Shown: in pieces, positions 13,151-26,219 of the stretch
How the letters are laid out: each line of letters begins with the position of its first letter
How positions within the stretch are numbered: the first letter of the stretch is position 1
Source of the DNA: Callorhinchus milii
Lineage: Eukaryota
Reading direction: 5' to 3'
Assembly (NCBI RefSeq): GCF_018977255.1
Contig: NW_024704742.1
Span: 1,428,001-1,488,000 of the forward strand
DNA: 60,000 nt
Made by a program: the position numbers and the translations under genes
The notes under the pieces: generated by a model
What the model was told of the DNA's origin: nothing
The model's input: the letters and a program-made list of their open reading frames with translations, nothing else
Database searches by the model: none

Positions 13151-14999
13151 AGCCATAGGTGAGCTGGTGTCTCATTTTTCCACACGTACATATTTCCAGG
13201 AAGGGGAAGAGGGAAATCAGTAAATAAAGTAGGTTAGCAGAAATTCTGGGTGATATTTTCCCCTCCCCTCCTTAACCCAGGAAGCTGAGCTCGGTTACAG
13301 TGTCCTTTGTTCCACATTATACCTTTTAAGTTTCTAATTAGACTGCGGAATAAATGACAGATTTATGGCAGTCACTCCTGCAACCCTACTTCCTGATGCC
13401 TATTGGACTTCCTCTTTTCTCAGTAAACCTTCTTTTCAGCCAAGATTTCAATAACTCTTTTAGAATAGAAGATGTGTCAGGTGCTACGTGGACATCCAAA
13501 ACATCGGGAAATAGGTTCAGGGTCCGTGGATGTGAAATCATTGCTGGTGAGTTATTGCCAACAAAGAAGAGCTTTCATGTGACTAACATTCAGCACTCAG
13601 GAAGCCACGTGTACAACAAACATATGAAGGCAGGCCGGTGGGAAATCAATCCTTAAAGACAGTTTCCCTCCGTGTTAAACAGGAGCGTGCAATTACATTC
13701 GCCTGCAAACACACAGTAAACCCCATATAGAGCTTTGAGACATCTCGATGGTTATGACGATGGTGCTGTATCAGAGGCAAGGCTTATCATTAAGAATATT
13801 TCATTACAATGCACTTACATTACAAAAACCTTCATTTTAACGTTGACATGTGGTAACCTAGTCAGGCTGCCCTCTGAGACGCCGTCCGGCGTGGAGGGCG
13901 CGGTATAAATCCAAGTTGTTGTTGTTGTTGTTGTGATGGCTCTGACCTTCCCTTCCTCCGCTCGCTGAGGCACTGACCCCTGCTGGGTTAGGTTAAGCTT
14001 CCACGCCTGTCACCACCCACCGGGTACCTCACTCTGGGCTAATGAGCGTTTGTCGTTTCCTCAGCTACTGAAGTACCGAAGCCGCAGCGCCATCTAAATA
14101 CAGTCACTGGAGCCGGCTTTGTTCTTAAAGGGTCCACTTTATTTAAAGAAACACACTGTGCCTACTGTAAAAGGCTTCTACTTCCACGATGACCACTGCG
14201 GATTTTAAACGCCAATTTCCTTCAGTTCCACGTTTCGTCCGCTTTAAAAACGGTGCGTCAAAATCTCAAGAATCTTTCCGTTTCGTGTCCATTGCTCAGA
14301 TGACTGAGTTACTTTTTAACGTGAGGTTTCATTTTTTTTTGTTTTCCTTGATTCGATTACATTTTAAGCGTTCGCTTAAAGCCATGACAACAGATATTGA
14401 AGCATTAATCATCACAAGTTAATAAGTATTTCTATATATTAAAAAAATCCTTACATTTGGTTCTGCGTCTTTCACACCCCTTGTGTCAAAGGGCTTCACA
14501 GGATATACTGTAACGTAGAGTGATTGTGTTGTTTTGTGCTAAATACTGTGACCACGAATTTGTACCTGGCCGAATAAATAAACCAAATAAATAAAACAAA
14601 ATATAAATACAAAAATGAAACAGCACCGACGAGTTCTGTGAGTTGAAATTGATCACGCAGCTTCTTCCTGTTTCGATGTGCGAAAGGCTGTCGCTGCAAC
14701 TATCATGCGCCCGTCTCGACAGGTTTAAACATCTGATTCATATCGTCGAAACAAGAACAACAACTTGCATTTGTGTAGCGCCCTTCACGTGGGCCAGCGT
14801 TTGGGAATGCTTAACGCTGGCAGAACCCAACACCGAGCTTGGGGGGAGGGAGGAGGTGACACTCAGCACGATGACTGCCACATGCTAAGGCATGTTGCTA
14901 AGGCGCTATATGCTAAATGCAAGGAATATTATTATTGGTGAAGTCACCTTACGACGTGAAGTCTCAAACAATCAACAGCCATTAACACTTGAATGTAGT

Positions 15000-15500
15000 T
15001 TTGAAAGTCCGATCCCAATGACTTCATCAGCTTGTTTGCCTGTCAGGTAAATCCTAGTGAATCTCCTCTCTGCTCCCTCGCTATGGCTCTGACATCCTTC
15101 ATAAGGTATGTTGACCAAAACTGCACACAATAGTTTAACTGCAGTCCATCGAATACTTTGTATAATTTAACCGCAAGAGTTAATCTGTTTGATTTCATAC
15201 TCTTTGCCCGTGTTTATCAAACCTAGCAATCCACGGGCTTTTCTCACAATCTCTCCATCTGACTTTCCACCTTTAAACATTCTTTAAAGAATTTTCTACT
15301 GCAATGTGAAAGGTTACCATTTAGTAAGCAGTTGCTCTCTCTTTTTCAAACTCCTAAAATGCACAACCTCACACGTTTCCCTATTGAATTTCATCTGCCA
15401 TCTCTCTGCCCAGTCTAGTTTGTCTATGGCACAGTGCAGTTGTTTACCATCGCTCTCAGCAAACCAACATTATCAGCAAACCGACGTTGCTGATAATCAT
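15000..15500 (-). mobile_element. CR1 LINE ORF2 3' fragment
   Basis: Reverse complement contains WQMKFN and CVQFW motifs. Confidence 0.8.
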
Positions 15501-16412
15501 CAAGTAACTGGATAAATCACACAGCAAACAACTACAAAAAAAAATATCAGCAGGGTCGTGCCTAACCCGGCTCCGAGTCAATGCAGCAAATGAGTTGCAA
15601 TTTCTGTTGTTTTTGTCCCGGTAACTGATTTGAGAGTTAATTCATTTTTTGGCTCATTTTTCCGCAGTCACTTAGTTATTCTTGCTGTTTGCTTGTTGAT
15701 AGCAGCCCCACACGCAGGTGCTGTTGGCTATCTCCTCTGTTCTGCATCCCACACCATCAGTGTTCTCCAAGTAAACAAATGGCCAACATTTTCCGTTCTT
15801 CAACTCAGCTCCGAGATCGCTGACCCAGGATGGGAAACTGTTGTGTTTTGCTGCTCATTTGGAGCTGAAATTTACTTACTTTACTCTCACTGAAGGCTCT
15901 TCTTCACGCGTCAGCTCAGGCAGTGAATGTTGCCAGGCTACATTCAAGGGCGTCAGCATATGACTCGCCAAAGTGAGCTCAGTAATGGAGGTTTGAACCT
16001 GGGCTCTTCCTGCACTTTGTTGCTCAATTTCTTCGCGAGTTATGTATCTTTACCAAGTCTGGCATCAGTTGTTGGTGCCCAGTGCTAATAGACAGCTGAC
16101 TTTATTATGAAAAATGTGATTTCATAGTTATTGAATCTGTTATGAAAGATAGCATTTTATCATCTATTTCTGAAGATGAGCCCAGAGTGTCCACAAATTG
16201 GCAATTTAAGCAGGGAGGACACAAGGAGGAAGGCTGTGTGAAATAGAAATGCCACACAGATGTATGAGGTTAGGATTATAGGGGTAATGTCCAAAGGAAA
16301 GAGCACAATTGAAGAGGTATACATAATTTCCACATTGAGGATATAATGCCCAAATAACGGAAACATAGTTTTATGATGCTGTGACACAGTTCAATGCAAA
16401 TTCTGTACATCT

Positions 16413-16641
16413 GTTAGGAAGACGTCCCAAGGTGCTGGACAGTCAAGGATTTGGATCCGAGCTGGGGGATGGGATCAGGAGGGGTTGAGGGCAGGGGTAA
16501 GGAGGGTGACCGAAGGTGTGGTCGAAGAGGAGGGTCTTGAGACAAGCCTTGAAGGAGACAGGGGAGGGGTCGAGGCGAAGGGACCGTGGAATGAAGTTTC
16601 AAGGGTGGGAGCAGAGAGGCTGAAAGCCCGACCGCCAATGG
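16413..16641 (-). mobile_element. L2 LINE 3' end
   Basis: IGGRAFSLSAP motif and L2 tail. Confidence 0.85.
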
Positions 16642-17467
16642 TCAAAGTATTGTCCACCAAGTGGAACCACACTTCTTTAGGTAAGTAATTTCGTTGCTTT
16701 CAGATCCCAGTACTTGACCTATTTTTAAACCAAAAAACTTTGAGACAATTATCGGTTTGTACATTTTTTTAACACACAGTTGTTTCTGGGGTGGAATATT
16801 TATTTATTTTCCAGGGTTGATCTGCTAACAAGGGGTGAAATCTGCACTCTGCCAAGTCACAAATGAACGTTTTACTGTGCAGAAAATGGCAAAATCTTAA
16901 TTTGTACTGCTATCTTGTGGACAACAGATAGTCCACGCTGCCGTGGTTGAGCAACACAGCGATCTGTACCCCTTTAAAGATATATTATTGGCGCAGATTT
17001 CAGGGAGCTGACTTGTGTTAGAAATCTGACCAGGCCTTTCCCGACTCTGACACTAATCACCCAGATGAGATCAAAAGCTCAGCAACACCCCCTTCCCCCA
17101 GCTTTAACGCGTGAGCTGCGCTATCAAAACTTTTTTGAAAATCAAAAGGTTAAAGCGTTGAGGAGTGAGCGACTGAGATGTTAAAGAAAGTCAATTAATA
17201 TTCACAGTCAGAACAGCAGGATCACTAATCTCCCTTGGATTAATGCCTGTGCTAATGTTAATTTAGCTGCATTACAGATGAGGATAGCAGCTCCCCACAG
17301 CCAGTTCTCCTATGACTTATGACTGAGCAAAAATACACCAATTCTAGTACAGTTCGAACACACACACACACACACACACTCGGGCAGGTCTTATATGCTC
17401 ACAGATTCAGGAACCTGCAGATGTTGATCATTGAAAAACTTTACTAAAAGTTGCCTTCAGCATTTCT

Positions 17468-17830
17468 GGAGTCCTGTAGCTCAGTGGTTAGAGCATTCGC
17501 CTCACAACCGCGAGGACCTGGGTTCGATTCCTGGACAGAGCAAAATGTTGGGCAAAATGTTTGCTCACTCCACACACATCTGTTTACCCGGTAGTAAGTA
17601 GGAACCCAGTTGTTCGTCAATTGGCAGATTGCTTTTCCGAAGGTAATAATGCCTTAAAAAAAATATTTAAACAATAATTTGCTCACTCAAACCACGACTG
17701 CATGCAATTGGCTGTTATGTGTTGCCCACGAAATATACAGTCAATTCACTTTACACTATGTTCTATGAAGCACTTTGAGACGGCTCGAAGACCTGATAAG
17801 GCGCTACATCAAATGCAAGGATTATTATTA
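17468..17830 (+). mobile_element. tRNA-derived SINE, full length
   Basis: GGAGTCCTGTAGCTCAGTGGTTAGAGC head through to AATGCAAGGATTATTATT tail. Confidence 0.92.
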
Positions 17831-18139
17831 GTATTTCACTGCCTTTTTGTTTTGCAACTTCCCACAAACACCTGCACCACCTTTTTACACATTCCTGTTA
17901 AAGAGTTGCTGTGTTAAGAGTAATAAGTTTGTGTTCTCTTGTTGGTGTTCTAAGTTAGATGTCAGAGGGTTGCCAAGTGCACGAGAGGGAATGGCCCAGT
18001 TGCCCTTTCAACTATCAGCCTTTTTTCTATTGCATCAAGTTTAGAGAGTTTCTACGCTTACTCTAACCGAGGCATTGTCAATAACTTTATAATAAATTTT
18101 GAATAATGCCTTGAGAGTTGGAATTCATATCGTCTAAAC

Positions 18140-18474
18140 TGCCGCTCTGGGGTGCTGCCAATATAAGGGGTATGGGAGGTGCCGTCTTTTGGATGAGACG
18201 TTGCACCAAGGCCCTGTCTGCCTGTTTAGGTTGGACGTTAAAGACCCCATTGTACTATTTGAAAAGAGAAGAGAGTTTTTCTCTCTCCCTGTGTCCCGGC
18301 CAACAATCTCCCAAATTAAAATGGTCATTCGTTCCATGGCTGTTTGTGGGACAATGCTGTGTGCAAATAGACTGCCGTGGTTGCTCACAAAACAGTCACT
18401 GCACTTTAGCTACGCACTTCACAGTGACGCACTTTGAGACATCCTCCTAATGTGAAATGCAAGGATTATTATTA
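18140..18474 (+). mobile_element. DeuSINE (SacSINE1/AmnSINE-like), 5'-truncated
   Basis: GGAGGTGCCGTCTTTTGGATGAGACGTT...GTCTGCC...GGACGTTAAAGACCCCA Deu-domain sequence, with an L2-type tail. Confidence 0.8.
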
Positions 18475-18475
18475 T

Positions 18476-18650
18476 GAGATCTTGAACGTCCATCTGAACA
18501 GGCAGATGAGACCTCGGTTTAATGTCACATCTGAAATCCAGCGCCTCCGACATTGTAGCACACACCAAGGCTTTGCGAGTTCCAAGTTACAAGGTTGAGC
18601 CCACGACCTTCTGACTTAGAGGCAAACATGCTACAAACTGAATCAGGGCA
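18476..18650 (-). mobile_element. DeuSINE 5' part, inverted against the preceding copy
   Basis: Reverse complement of the head and Deu domain. Confidence 0.7.
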
Positions 18651-19169
18651 GACGCACCTCTTGTCAGCCCTGAAAATTCATGCGAAGTATCAAGGATTTG
18701 CAGCAACTGAAAGCTTAAGTCAAAGTACTATTAATTTTTGGATATTAAATCATAACTGTTATATTTGAATGCGAAATGTGTATGTTGTTTCTTACAGCTG
18801 AGCCAATGATGTCAGATATTGATAAGTATGTCATTTGTAAAACTAGAACATTTCATTCACCAATAAATGGAGCAACAGACCCAGTTACTGGAACTCTTTA
18901 TTGGAGTTCAGTATTCATGTTGCAACACAATTAACTGCCTAATTAATTTTGAGCAACTCGAGGCACCAATAAATATTCATTGATAACTTGCAGTGTCTGT
19001 GAGACAGAAAGTGATCAATATAGCACAGTGCATACCGATTAATGGGGAAGACCAGTTAGGGAGAATATTCCAATAAATTGTTCTAATGGTTTACATGACT
19101 CGTTCAGATTGATTGGGTATTTAAAGTGCAGTTGTTTTTACCTTCAATTTTATCCCACCTCTCTTTAAG

Positions 19170-19960
19170 GCTCTGATTTATGCCAGTGTAGCAGAGATCT
19201 GTTTGCATGGAGGATGAAAGAGCTGGCGGAAGGTGCGGAACAGATTGAAGGCCTTAACAACCCAATCCATTGGGAGGAGTTGGATTCCTCACTGCAGCTC
19301 CTTGCTAATGGCAAGGCAGCAGGTGTGGACAGCACTAATACTGTGTTCCAAAAAACAGTCAGGGGTGGGGTGGGGGGTGGTGGTAGATGGAGAATGGTGG
19401 GGTTTTTACTACAATAATAATCATAATCATTGCATTTGATATAGCTCCTTATCACGACTTCAAGACGTCTCAAAGCGCTTCTCAGAATAAACTGTAGAGT
19501 GAATTGACTGTCTATTTCGTGGGCGAAACACGGCAGCCAATTGTGCACAGCAGCGTCCCCACAGACAGTCGCGGATTGAAGTGACCAATATGTTATTATT
19601 ATTATTTTTTTTGAAGGAATTATTACCCCCGGAAAAGCGATCCGCCAATCGACTAACAGCCGGGTTCCCACATACTGCTAGGTAAACCGAGGCGTGTGGA
19701 GTGAGGGAACTTGCCAACATTTTGCCCTGCCGGGAATCGAAACCAGATTCCTCGCTTGCGAGGCGAGTGCTCTCACCACCTGAGCTCCAAGCCTCCAAAT
19801 GGCAAGGCAACAGGTATGGACAGCACTAATGCTGAGTTCCAAAAAAACAGTCCAGAGGTGGGGTGGTGAGGAGTGATGGGGAATGGTGGGGTTCCTACAA
19901 ATCCAAGCCAGGAACCTCCTGGTGCTGATCAACAGGACTCTTTCTGAAGCACACATTCAG
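19170..19960 (+). mobile_element. L1/Tx1-clade LINE ORF2 remnant interrupted by a SINE
   Basis: LNNPIHWEELDSSLQLLANGKAAGVD resembles the 'PIT.EEL..AL..L..GKAPG.DG' segment that precedes RT in L1/Tx1 elements. Confidence 0.6.
19413..19796 (-). mobile_element. tRNA-derived SINE, full length, flanked by ~100 bp direct repeats
   Basis: Complete reverse-complement SINE from tail (19413) to head (19796). Confidence 0.92.
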
Positions 19961-21923
19961 TCAGTGATCCAGAGAGCAATTGCGGTTTCTATGCACGGTC
20001 TAGCAGAGGATCATTGAGTTGTGCTCGGCAGTGGGACCCCCTGGCTGATTTCTTTACACCTCCTGACCCATAGATACTGCGTGCCATAAATGCCCTTCTG
20101 AGATCAGCTAACTCAGAACAGGCTGAACCTGGGAATCCTACCCTCTGTCATATTGACTTCTTTTCATGCTCCGCCACTGTTCTGAGATGCTACACTGCAT
20201 GGAGTGCGCTAAATGAGCGGAAGTTGTTGTTATTTTGGATAAGTTCTTGTTCATTGCTGAACAAACTGAATCCTCAACTGCATTTTTGTTCATCAAAATA
20301 CATAGAAATTTAGTCACGAGTATTTGCTGATGGCAGGAGACTGCTAGGAAATTATCTTGGCTGTTTTTACGGCAATTTCAAACCGCATTGCACTTCTGTA
20401 AATTTTATAGGCGATCGCACAGGCCCCCAGCAGTGCTTCCAGATAGCCCAATTTGGCGGTGATTGGATGTGTTACTGTATTCATTGGTCGTACACCAACA
20501 ATGCTTTGTCATTGAACATGAACTTCGTAAATTTGTTCCACTTAAATGCCAAATGCAATGAGCCCAGCCAGCTAGAAATTGATGGCTTCTATTTTCATTC
20601 AACAGTGTAACCAGATTTCTCCTTTCCTTGGTCCCATGAATGAGAGCAGAGAATCAACAGCATTAGTCTCCAAGGGTTAAGCTCTGCCGCCTGGTTTCTT
20701 TTCCTGTGGATCAGTAGATTGCCTATCACAGATGAATGCTATATCCTCTTTCAGCAAATTGGCTCTTTGTTACTGAATATTTGTTGCAGTGGAGCAATGA
20801 CGTGTTGCCCACGGCAGCAGGCTCGCATTTGCCCTTGACCTAATAGGTTCGGTTAGAAAAGCGAGGGCGACTGAACAAATGCAATATCTTGCTTGAAATG
20901 GGGACTCTGATTTCTCTTGAAGTTAGCAGAGATCAAGGTGAGGGATTTCAGGGGCAACATAAATATTTATCGCACAGAAGGAAGCCATTCGGCCCATCTG
21001 GTCGACACTTGAACTTCGTTGCTCGTTGTTGGCATGGAGCACTTGCAGTTCACCTGCAGTGTGTACCAGATGTGGGGTTAATGTTCTCTCTACTCTGCCC
21101 CGTGTCATGCTCTAATACCATCCTCAACTCTCATCGGATCTCTTAGCTCCTCAATGGTTCAGTATATTTTGAAACGCCTTTGAGACGTCTGGAAGACGGG
21201 ATGATGAGGCGCTATATCAAATGCAAGGGTTACTGTCATGTGAAGCGCAACCTACTGTGTGAAGTTAAAAATTTGGCTTTTGATTTTATTATGTTTTCAT
21301 CATTTGGAAACCAAAGAGTAGTTATTCATTAATAGACACAGCTTAAGATCAGCCAACTGGGGAAAGTCTGTTTATAAACTGTTAAACTTCACTATGGTCT
21401 TCAGAGAAACACAGCTGCCAGCGGAGAGCAATATATCTTTCACTGACTGCTTTTATCCAACACCCATTCACACACATATTTTATTAGAAGCCACTTCATA
21501 ACAATCTACAGGAGCATGAACTCTAGGTTTTCATTCCCCTCCCTAGTATACATTGGCTGAGGCAAACTGATTAGGTCCTTTACTGGTGCCCAAGGTGAGA
21601 TCAGGGTGACTGCACAAAAAAGATATCCAACATGAGACTTTCCTTGTGCGTATGGCTCAGAGCCACAGACAATAGATCAGAAAATATTCTCTGAATGGTT
21701 AAGTTCTTAATAATGTTGGGGTACAGAGACATCTAGGGCGTGTAGATACAGAGATCTTTATAGGGGTGCTTGTAGAAAAAGGAAAATGGGATTCTGGACC
21801 TTTATTTACATAGGGGCATTGAATACAAAGATTTACAAAGTGTGTATAGCACAGAAACAGGCCACTCAACATACTCCACCCGAGTCTCTACCCAGTGATT
21901 ACTCCCTCCCATACACTTCTAAA

Positions 21924-22110
21924 TAATAATAATTTGGTCACTAAATCCACGACTATTTTTGGGACAGTACTGTGCGCAATTGGCTGTAGCGTTTCGCCCA
22001 TAAAATACACAGTCAAATCACTTTACAGCATATCATGTGAAGCCCTTTGAGACGTCTCGAAGACGGGATAAGGCTCTATATCAAATGCAAGGACTATTAT
22101 TATTATTATT
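21924..22110 (+). mobile_element. SINE 3' half
   Basis: Body and tail match the family. Confidence 0.85.
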
Positions 22111-22559
22111 GTCATCCAGTCGATGTTCACATTCTTATTGGGAAGCGTGCATTGTGTACTTTTATACTGTCGTTACACCACATGGAGGAAATAGCCGAGC
22201 ACAGTATGGTTAATGGGGCTATTTCCTCCTCTTCACATTTTGGCTGATCCAATTATTCTTTAATCCCTGCGCAGCAATGATTTCATTAAATGTTATGATA
22301 AACATAAATAACAAAAGAAAACTCCAAAGAAAGTTCCAGCAAGTCAACGGGAGACCCACCCAGTCATGTGCTGGATTGTATATTTAGAAATCCTTTTCTG
22401 AATTGCTCTTATACTAATCCCCATTATAGCCACTTGGTGCTCGCTTTTTCTACCAGTTTCATTGTTTTCCAACTCACCCTTTTAACACTTCAATCCTGAT
22501 CCTTTCTCAGTTTATCTGTCTATAATCTTTCTATCTGTATTTTTGCTGCATCCCAGATA

Positions 22560-23140
22560 ACAATAATAACAATAATAATCCTTGCAGTTGATATAGCGCC
22601 TTTCACGTCGGAAGGACGTCCCAAAGCGCTGGACGGAGTACAGCATTTCAGATCCTAGATGGGGGTTGGGGGGGAGAAGGGAGGGGAGGGGAGGGGAAGA
22701 GCGGTGGCCGATGGCATGGTTGAAGAGGAGGGTCTTCAGGCAGGACTTGAAGGAGGCTAAGGAAGGGCGAAGTGAGTGACTGGGGGATGGAATTCCAGAG
22801 ATTGGGGGCAGAGTGACTGAAGGGTCTCCCGCCAATGGTGGGGCGGGTGGGTCGGGGGACGTGGAGCAGCCAAAGCCGGCTGAGCGGAGGGAGTGGGCAG
22901 GTTGATAGGGGGTTAGGAGGTCGCAGAGGTAGGGTACAGCGAGGCCATGGAGGGCTTTGTATGTGAAGACCAGGATCTTGAACTGGATCCTCTGAAGGAT
23001 AGGGAGCCAATGGAGTCGGGGTAGAGTGGCGGAGATGGGGTCACAGAGTTTGGTGCAGGAGAGTACATGGGCTGCAGAGTTCTGGATTTTCTGCAGCCTG
23101 TCGAGGGAGGAGTTGGGAAGGCCGACAAGCAGGGTGTTTG
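22560..23140 (-). mobile_element. L2 LINE 3' end, well preserved
   Basis: LQKIQNSAAHVL...LHWLPILQRIQFKILVFTYKALHG motifs; the tail matches the SINE tail. Confidence 0.93.
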
Positions 23141-23467
23141 CATAAAAAATATACATTTCAAAGTCTCGGATCTTTGCTTGTTTTTCTTATTCTTCTTTAC
23201 CTTGCTCCAATCCTCTATCATTTTTGTCCCTGCCTCTGGCCATCTGTCTCTTGGATCTCACTGCAACTTCTCCCCTGACCTATTGAATGTATTTTGCCCA
23301 TTGATAGGTAGGCCTTGGTTTAATAGCTTTTCCGAAGGACAACACCTCTGACATTGTAATGCTCCCCCAGCATTGCACTGGAGTGTCAGATTAGACTATC
23401 AACTCTTTTTTTTTACCCACTGCAGTTGGGTAGCCTTAGATCACTAGGCTAATAATCAGTGATTTCT

Positions 23468-23772
23468 GCCAAGACTCCTTACCAAGACTCCTTACCAAGA
23501 CTCCTTAACAAGGAGTTTGCCTAACAGTAAATTGGAACCCAGTTGTTAGTTGATTGGCGGATCGCTTTCCGGGAGTTAATAATCCCTCCAAAAGAAAAAT
23601 AAATTGGTCATTCAATCAACAACTGTTTGTGAGACACTGCTCTGCGCAATTGGCTGCTGTGTTTGGTCCACAAAATATACACTTAATTCACTTTACAGTA
23701 TATTTTGTGAAGGGCTTTGCGATGTGTCAACAACATGATAAGGCACTCTATCAAATGCAAGGATTATTATCA
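23468..23772 (+). mobile_element. SINE, 5'-truncated, preceded by about 3x CCAAGACTCCTTA
   Basis: SINE body and tail; 13-bp tandem repeat at 23469-23510. Confidence 0.85.
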
Positions 23773-23958
23773 TTGTTCAATTCAGATCCCAACAACTCGC
23801 TCACAGAGGAAGAATGCTCACTTGGATGGCTACTTGAGTGCTTGGTGAGAAATCGGCCAGCATGAAGCTGACCACTGGTGAGAAATCAAGAGGAGCGGAG
23901 TGGGAAATAATCAAGTTTTTTTTAAAAAAAGTCCTTTGGACAATAATTATGAAAAAAT

Positions 23959-24612
23959 ATGAATAATGCATGCAATAAAACTCAGGTGGATTACACTGGT
24001 GAAGGTACAGATGCAGCTAAATATTCAGAACGAATTCAATCCATATGCCGCCATCACATATGCAGCAATTCGATCTCCATCGGCAGTTCACACTGCACAC
24101 TGTGACTGGATGTTTCTTGTTGTTGTGGTGTCCTGAAAAAGGGACCAGGATAACTGAATAAAGCCTTTGTGGAATAATGCCCAGATCTATCGGAGTTGCG
24201 CTGTTTAAACGGTGATAGAAATAATTTCTCGACTCGTTTTAACGAAATGCGAAGGCGAATAAGGGATGTTATTGCACTGAAATGGGTGACTGGACCATGA
24301 ATGGTCAAACAGCATGTGATGAAGGCCTATAAACAAGGACAGCACTCTGATTTATGCCCGATTGTCAATGCTGAAATACTATCAATCACATGAGATGAAT
24401 TTATTCCTGTGCATGAGATTAAATCATGACATTGCTCCAGGTCAACCATCAGTATTGACTGAAATACAAGGAAAATCAAGGATTCTGAATCGCAGAAGCT
24501 GCAGTATCTTCCCCAGAACTTTTGGAATAAAGACACAACAGAATTAATGTACCAAAAATATACATTTCCAAAATGTAATATATTGGTCCCAGAAAAGAAA
24601 TGTGCTAAATAA
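23959..24612 (+). pseudogene. Putative fossil ORF of unknown (possibly viral) origin
   Basis: ATG-to-TAA frame of 218 codons with 7 internal stops (5 TGA, 2 TAA) and protein-like composition; locally CpG-rich; not a recognised repeat. Confidence 0.45.
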
Positions 24613-24799
24613 CCATATTTTCTATCATTTCTGGTGAACGTTTATGCACACATTCAACTCTAGATAAATGTGCACCAGAGTCAAACACAATTTAAAAAAC
24701 AATCAAGGAACTCCAATGCACCAAATCACATCAATTCAGAAGGGTTGAGCACCAAGTGGATATAAAATAGTGTCCAAATGGATGTTTTCCTTTAAAAAA

Positions 24800-25706
24800 A
24801 TCTGACACAGTCGACCAGGCCATCCTCCTCCATCGGCTCACTTCCCTCATCTAACCGCACTTGCATGGTTCGAGTCCTACTTAACCAACCGCCTCCATTT
24901 CATCTCAGCAAATGGTTCCTCCTCCCACCCCCGCCCGGTGACCTGCAGGGTACCCCAGGGCTCCATCCTTGGCCATCTTCTTCTCCTTATCTATATGCTC
25001 CCTCTGGGTGATGTCACCGCAGACACTGGGTAAAGTTCCACATGTATGCGGATGACACACAAATCTACTTTGCCTCCTCCAGTATCAGCTCCAGGATCCC
25101 CCAATGTTCCATCAGCTTGTCCGGCAGACATCATGCCTGGATAAGTGTAAACTTCCTGTAACTGAATACGGACAAGACGGAAGCCAGACTCCTTGGCTCC
25201 CGTCAACGTCTTCACTCCTGCAGATCTAACCTCCTCAACCTCCCTGGCCTCTCCTTCATACTCACCAAACCATTGCGCAACGAGGGGTCCGGTTCGACTC
25301 TCAGCTGTCCTTTCTCCTCCACATCCGTTCCATGACCAGGGCTTCTTCTTCTACCTTTGCCACATTGCCCGCCTCTGACTGTACCTTACCGCAAATGCAG
25401 CTGAAACCCTTGTGCATGTGTTTGTCACCTCCCGCCTGGATTACTCCAATCCACTCCTCGCCGGTCTCCCCAGCTACCACCATTCACAAGATCAGCTCAT
25501 TCAAAACTCTGCCGCCCGCGTACTGACCTGAAACAAACTCCCTACCCACATCTCACCAATTCTGGCCCTGGCTCCACTAGCTCCCCATCACCAAACGGAT
25601 GGACTTCAAGATCCTCTCACTCTCGTGTTCAAATCCCTTCACTCTCTGGCACCTCTGAGACTCTAGCCTGCATGGAGGACGTTATATAAGTCAAGTTGTT
25701 GTTGTC
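24800..25706 (+). mobile_element. L2 LINE RT and 3' end with an internal deletion
   Basis: GVPQGSILG and MYADDTQIY motifs; jumps from CTCTGGCACCTC to the (GTT)n tail when compared with the copy at 37110-37920. Confidence 0.93.
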
Positions 25707-25769
25707 GTATATTTGGTGTCTTTGATGCTCTCATAGTGAGGCATCTGATTGTCGTTGATCTCAAAGATT

Positions 25770-26150
25770 GTTCCTCCCATCACAGGATCAAGCTGGGTTT
25801 TAAATGATTCCAGTGTCCTGGTCCCAACCACCCTTTGCGGCAACCTGTTTTAGTCGTTAATTATCCTTTAGGTAAAAAAAAATTGTGTTATCTGTCAGGA
25901 AATTGCACTTTGCAACTCTATAACTATATCCGCTTGTTCTACTGTTCTACTGTCTTGTTGCATCCTAAAGTATAGAACTGGGTTTACTTTTTGAATCCCA
26001 TTTAAAAAGCTATACATTTCTACAAGGTCCCCTCCGAGTCATCTTCTCTCAAGACAGTCTCTCAAGACAAGCTGTAGCTTGTCTCGAAGCTCATTCATCG
26101 AACCCGAGGATCATCATCATTGCCGTCCTCTGCACTCCCTACAGGGTCTT
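25770..26150 (-). mobile_element. CR1 LINE 3' fragment
   Basis: Reverse complement GDLVEMY-like CR1 C-terminus and 3' region. Confidence 0.7.
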
Positions 26151-26219
26151 GACTCGATGCTTTTAATAATGCCACCAATCTTGCAAACGTCAGATTTCTT
26201 TAATAAGATGTTTCGGTTT

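Noticed and set aside
16662..16686. Perfect donor AG|GTAAGT at 16681
   Set aside because: No credible acceptor upstream, because an L2 insertion lies immediately 5'.
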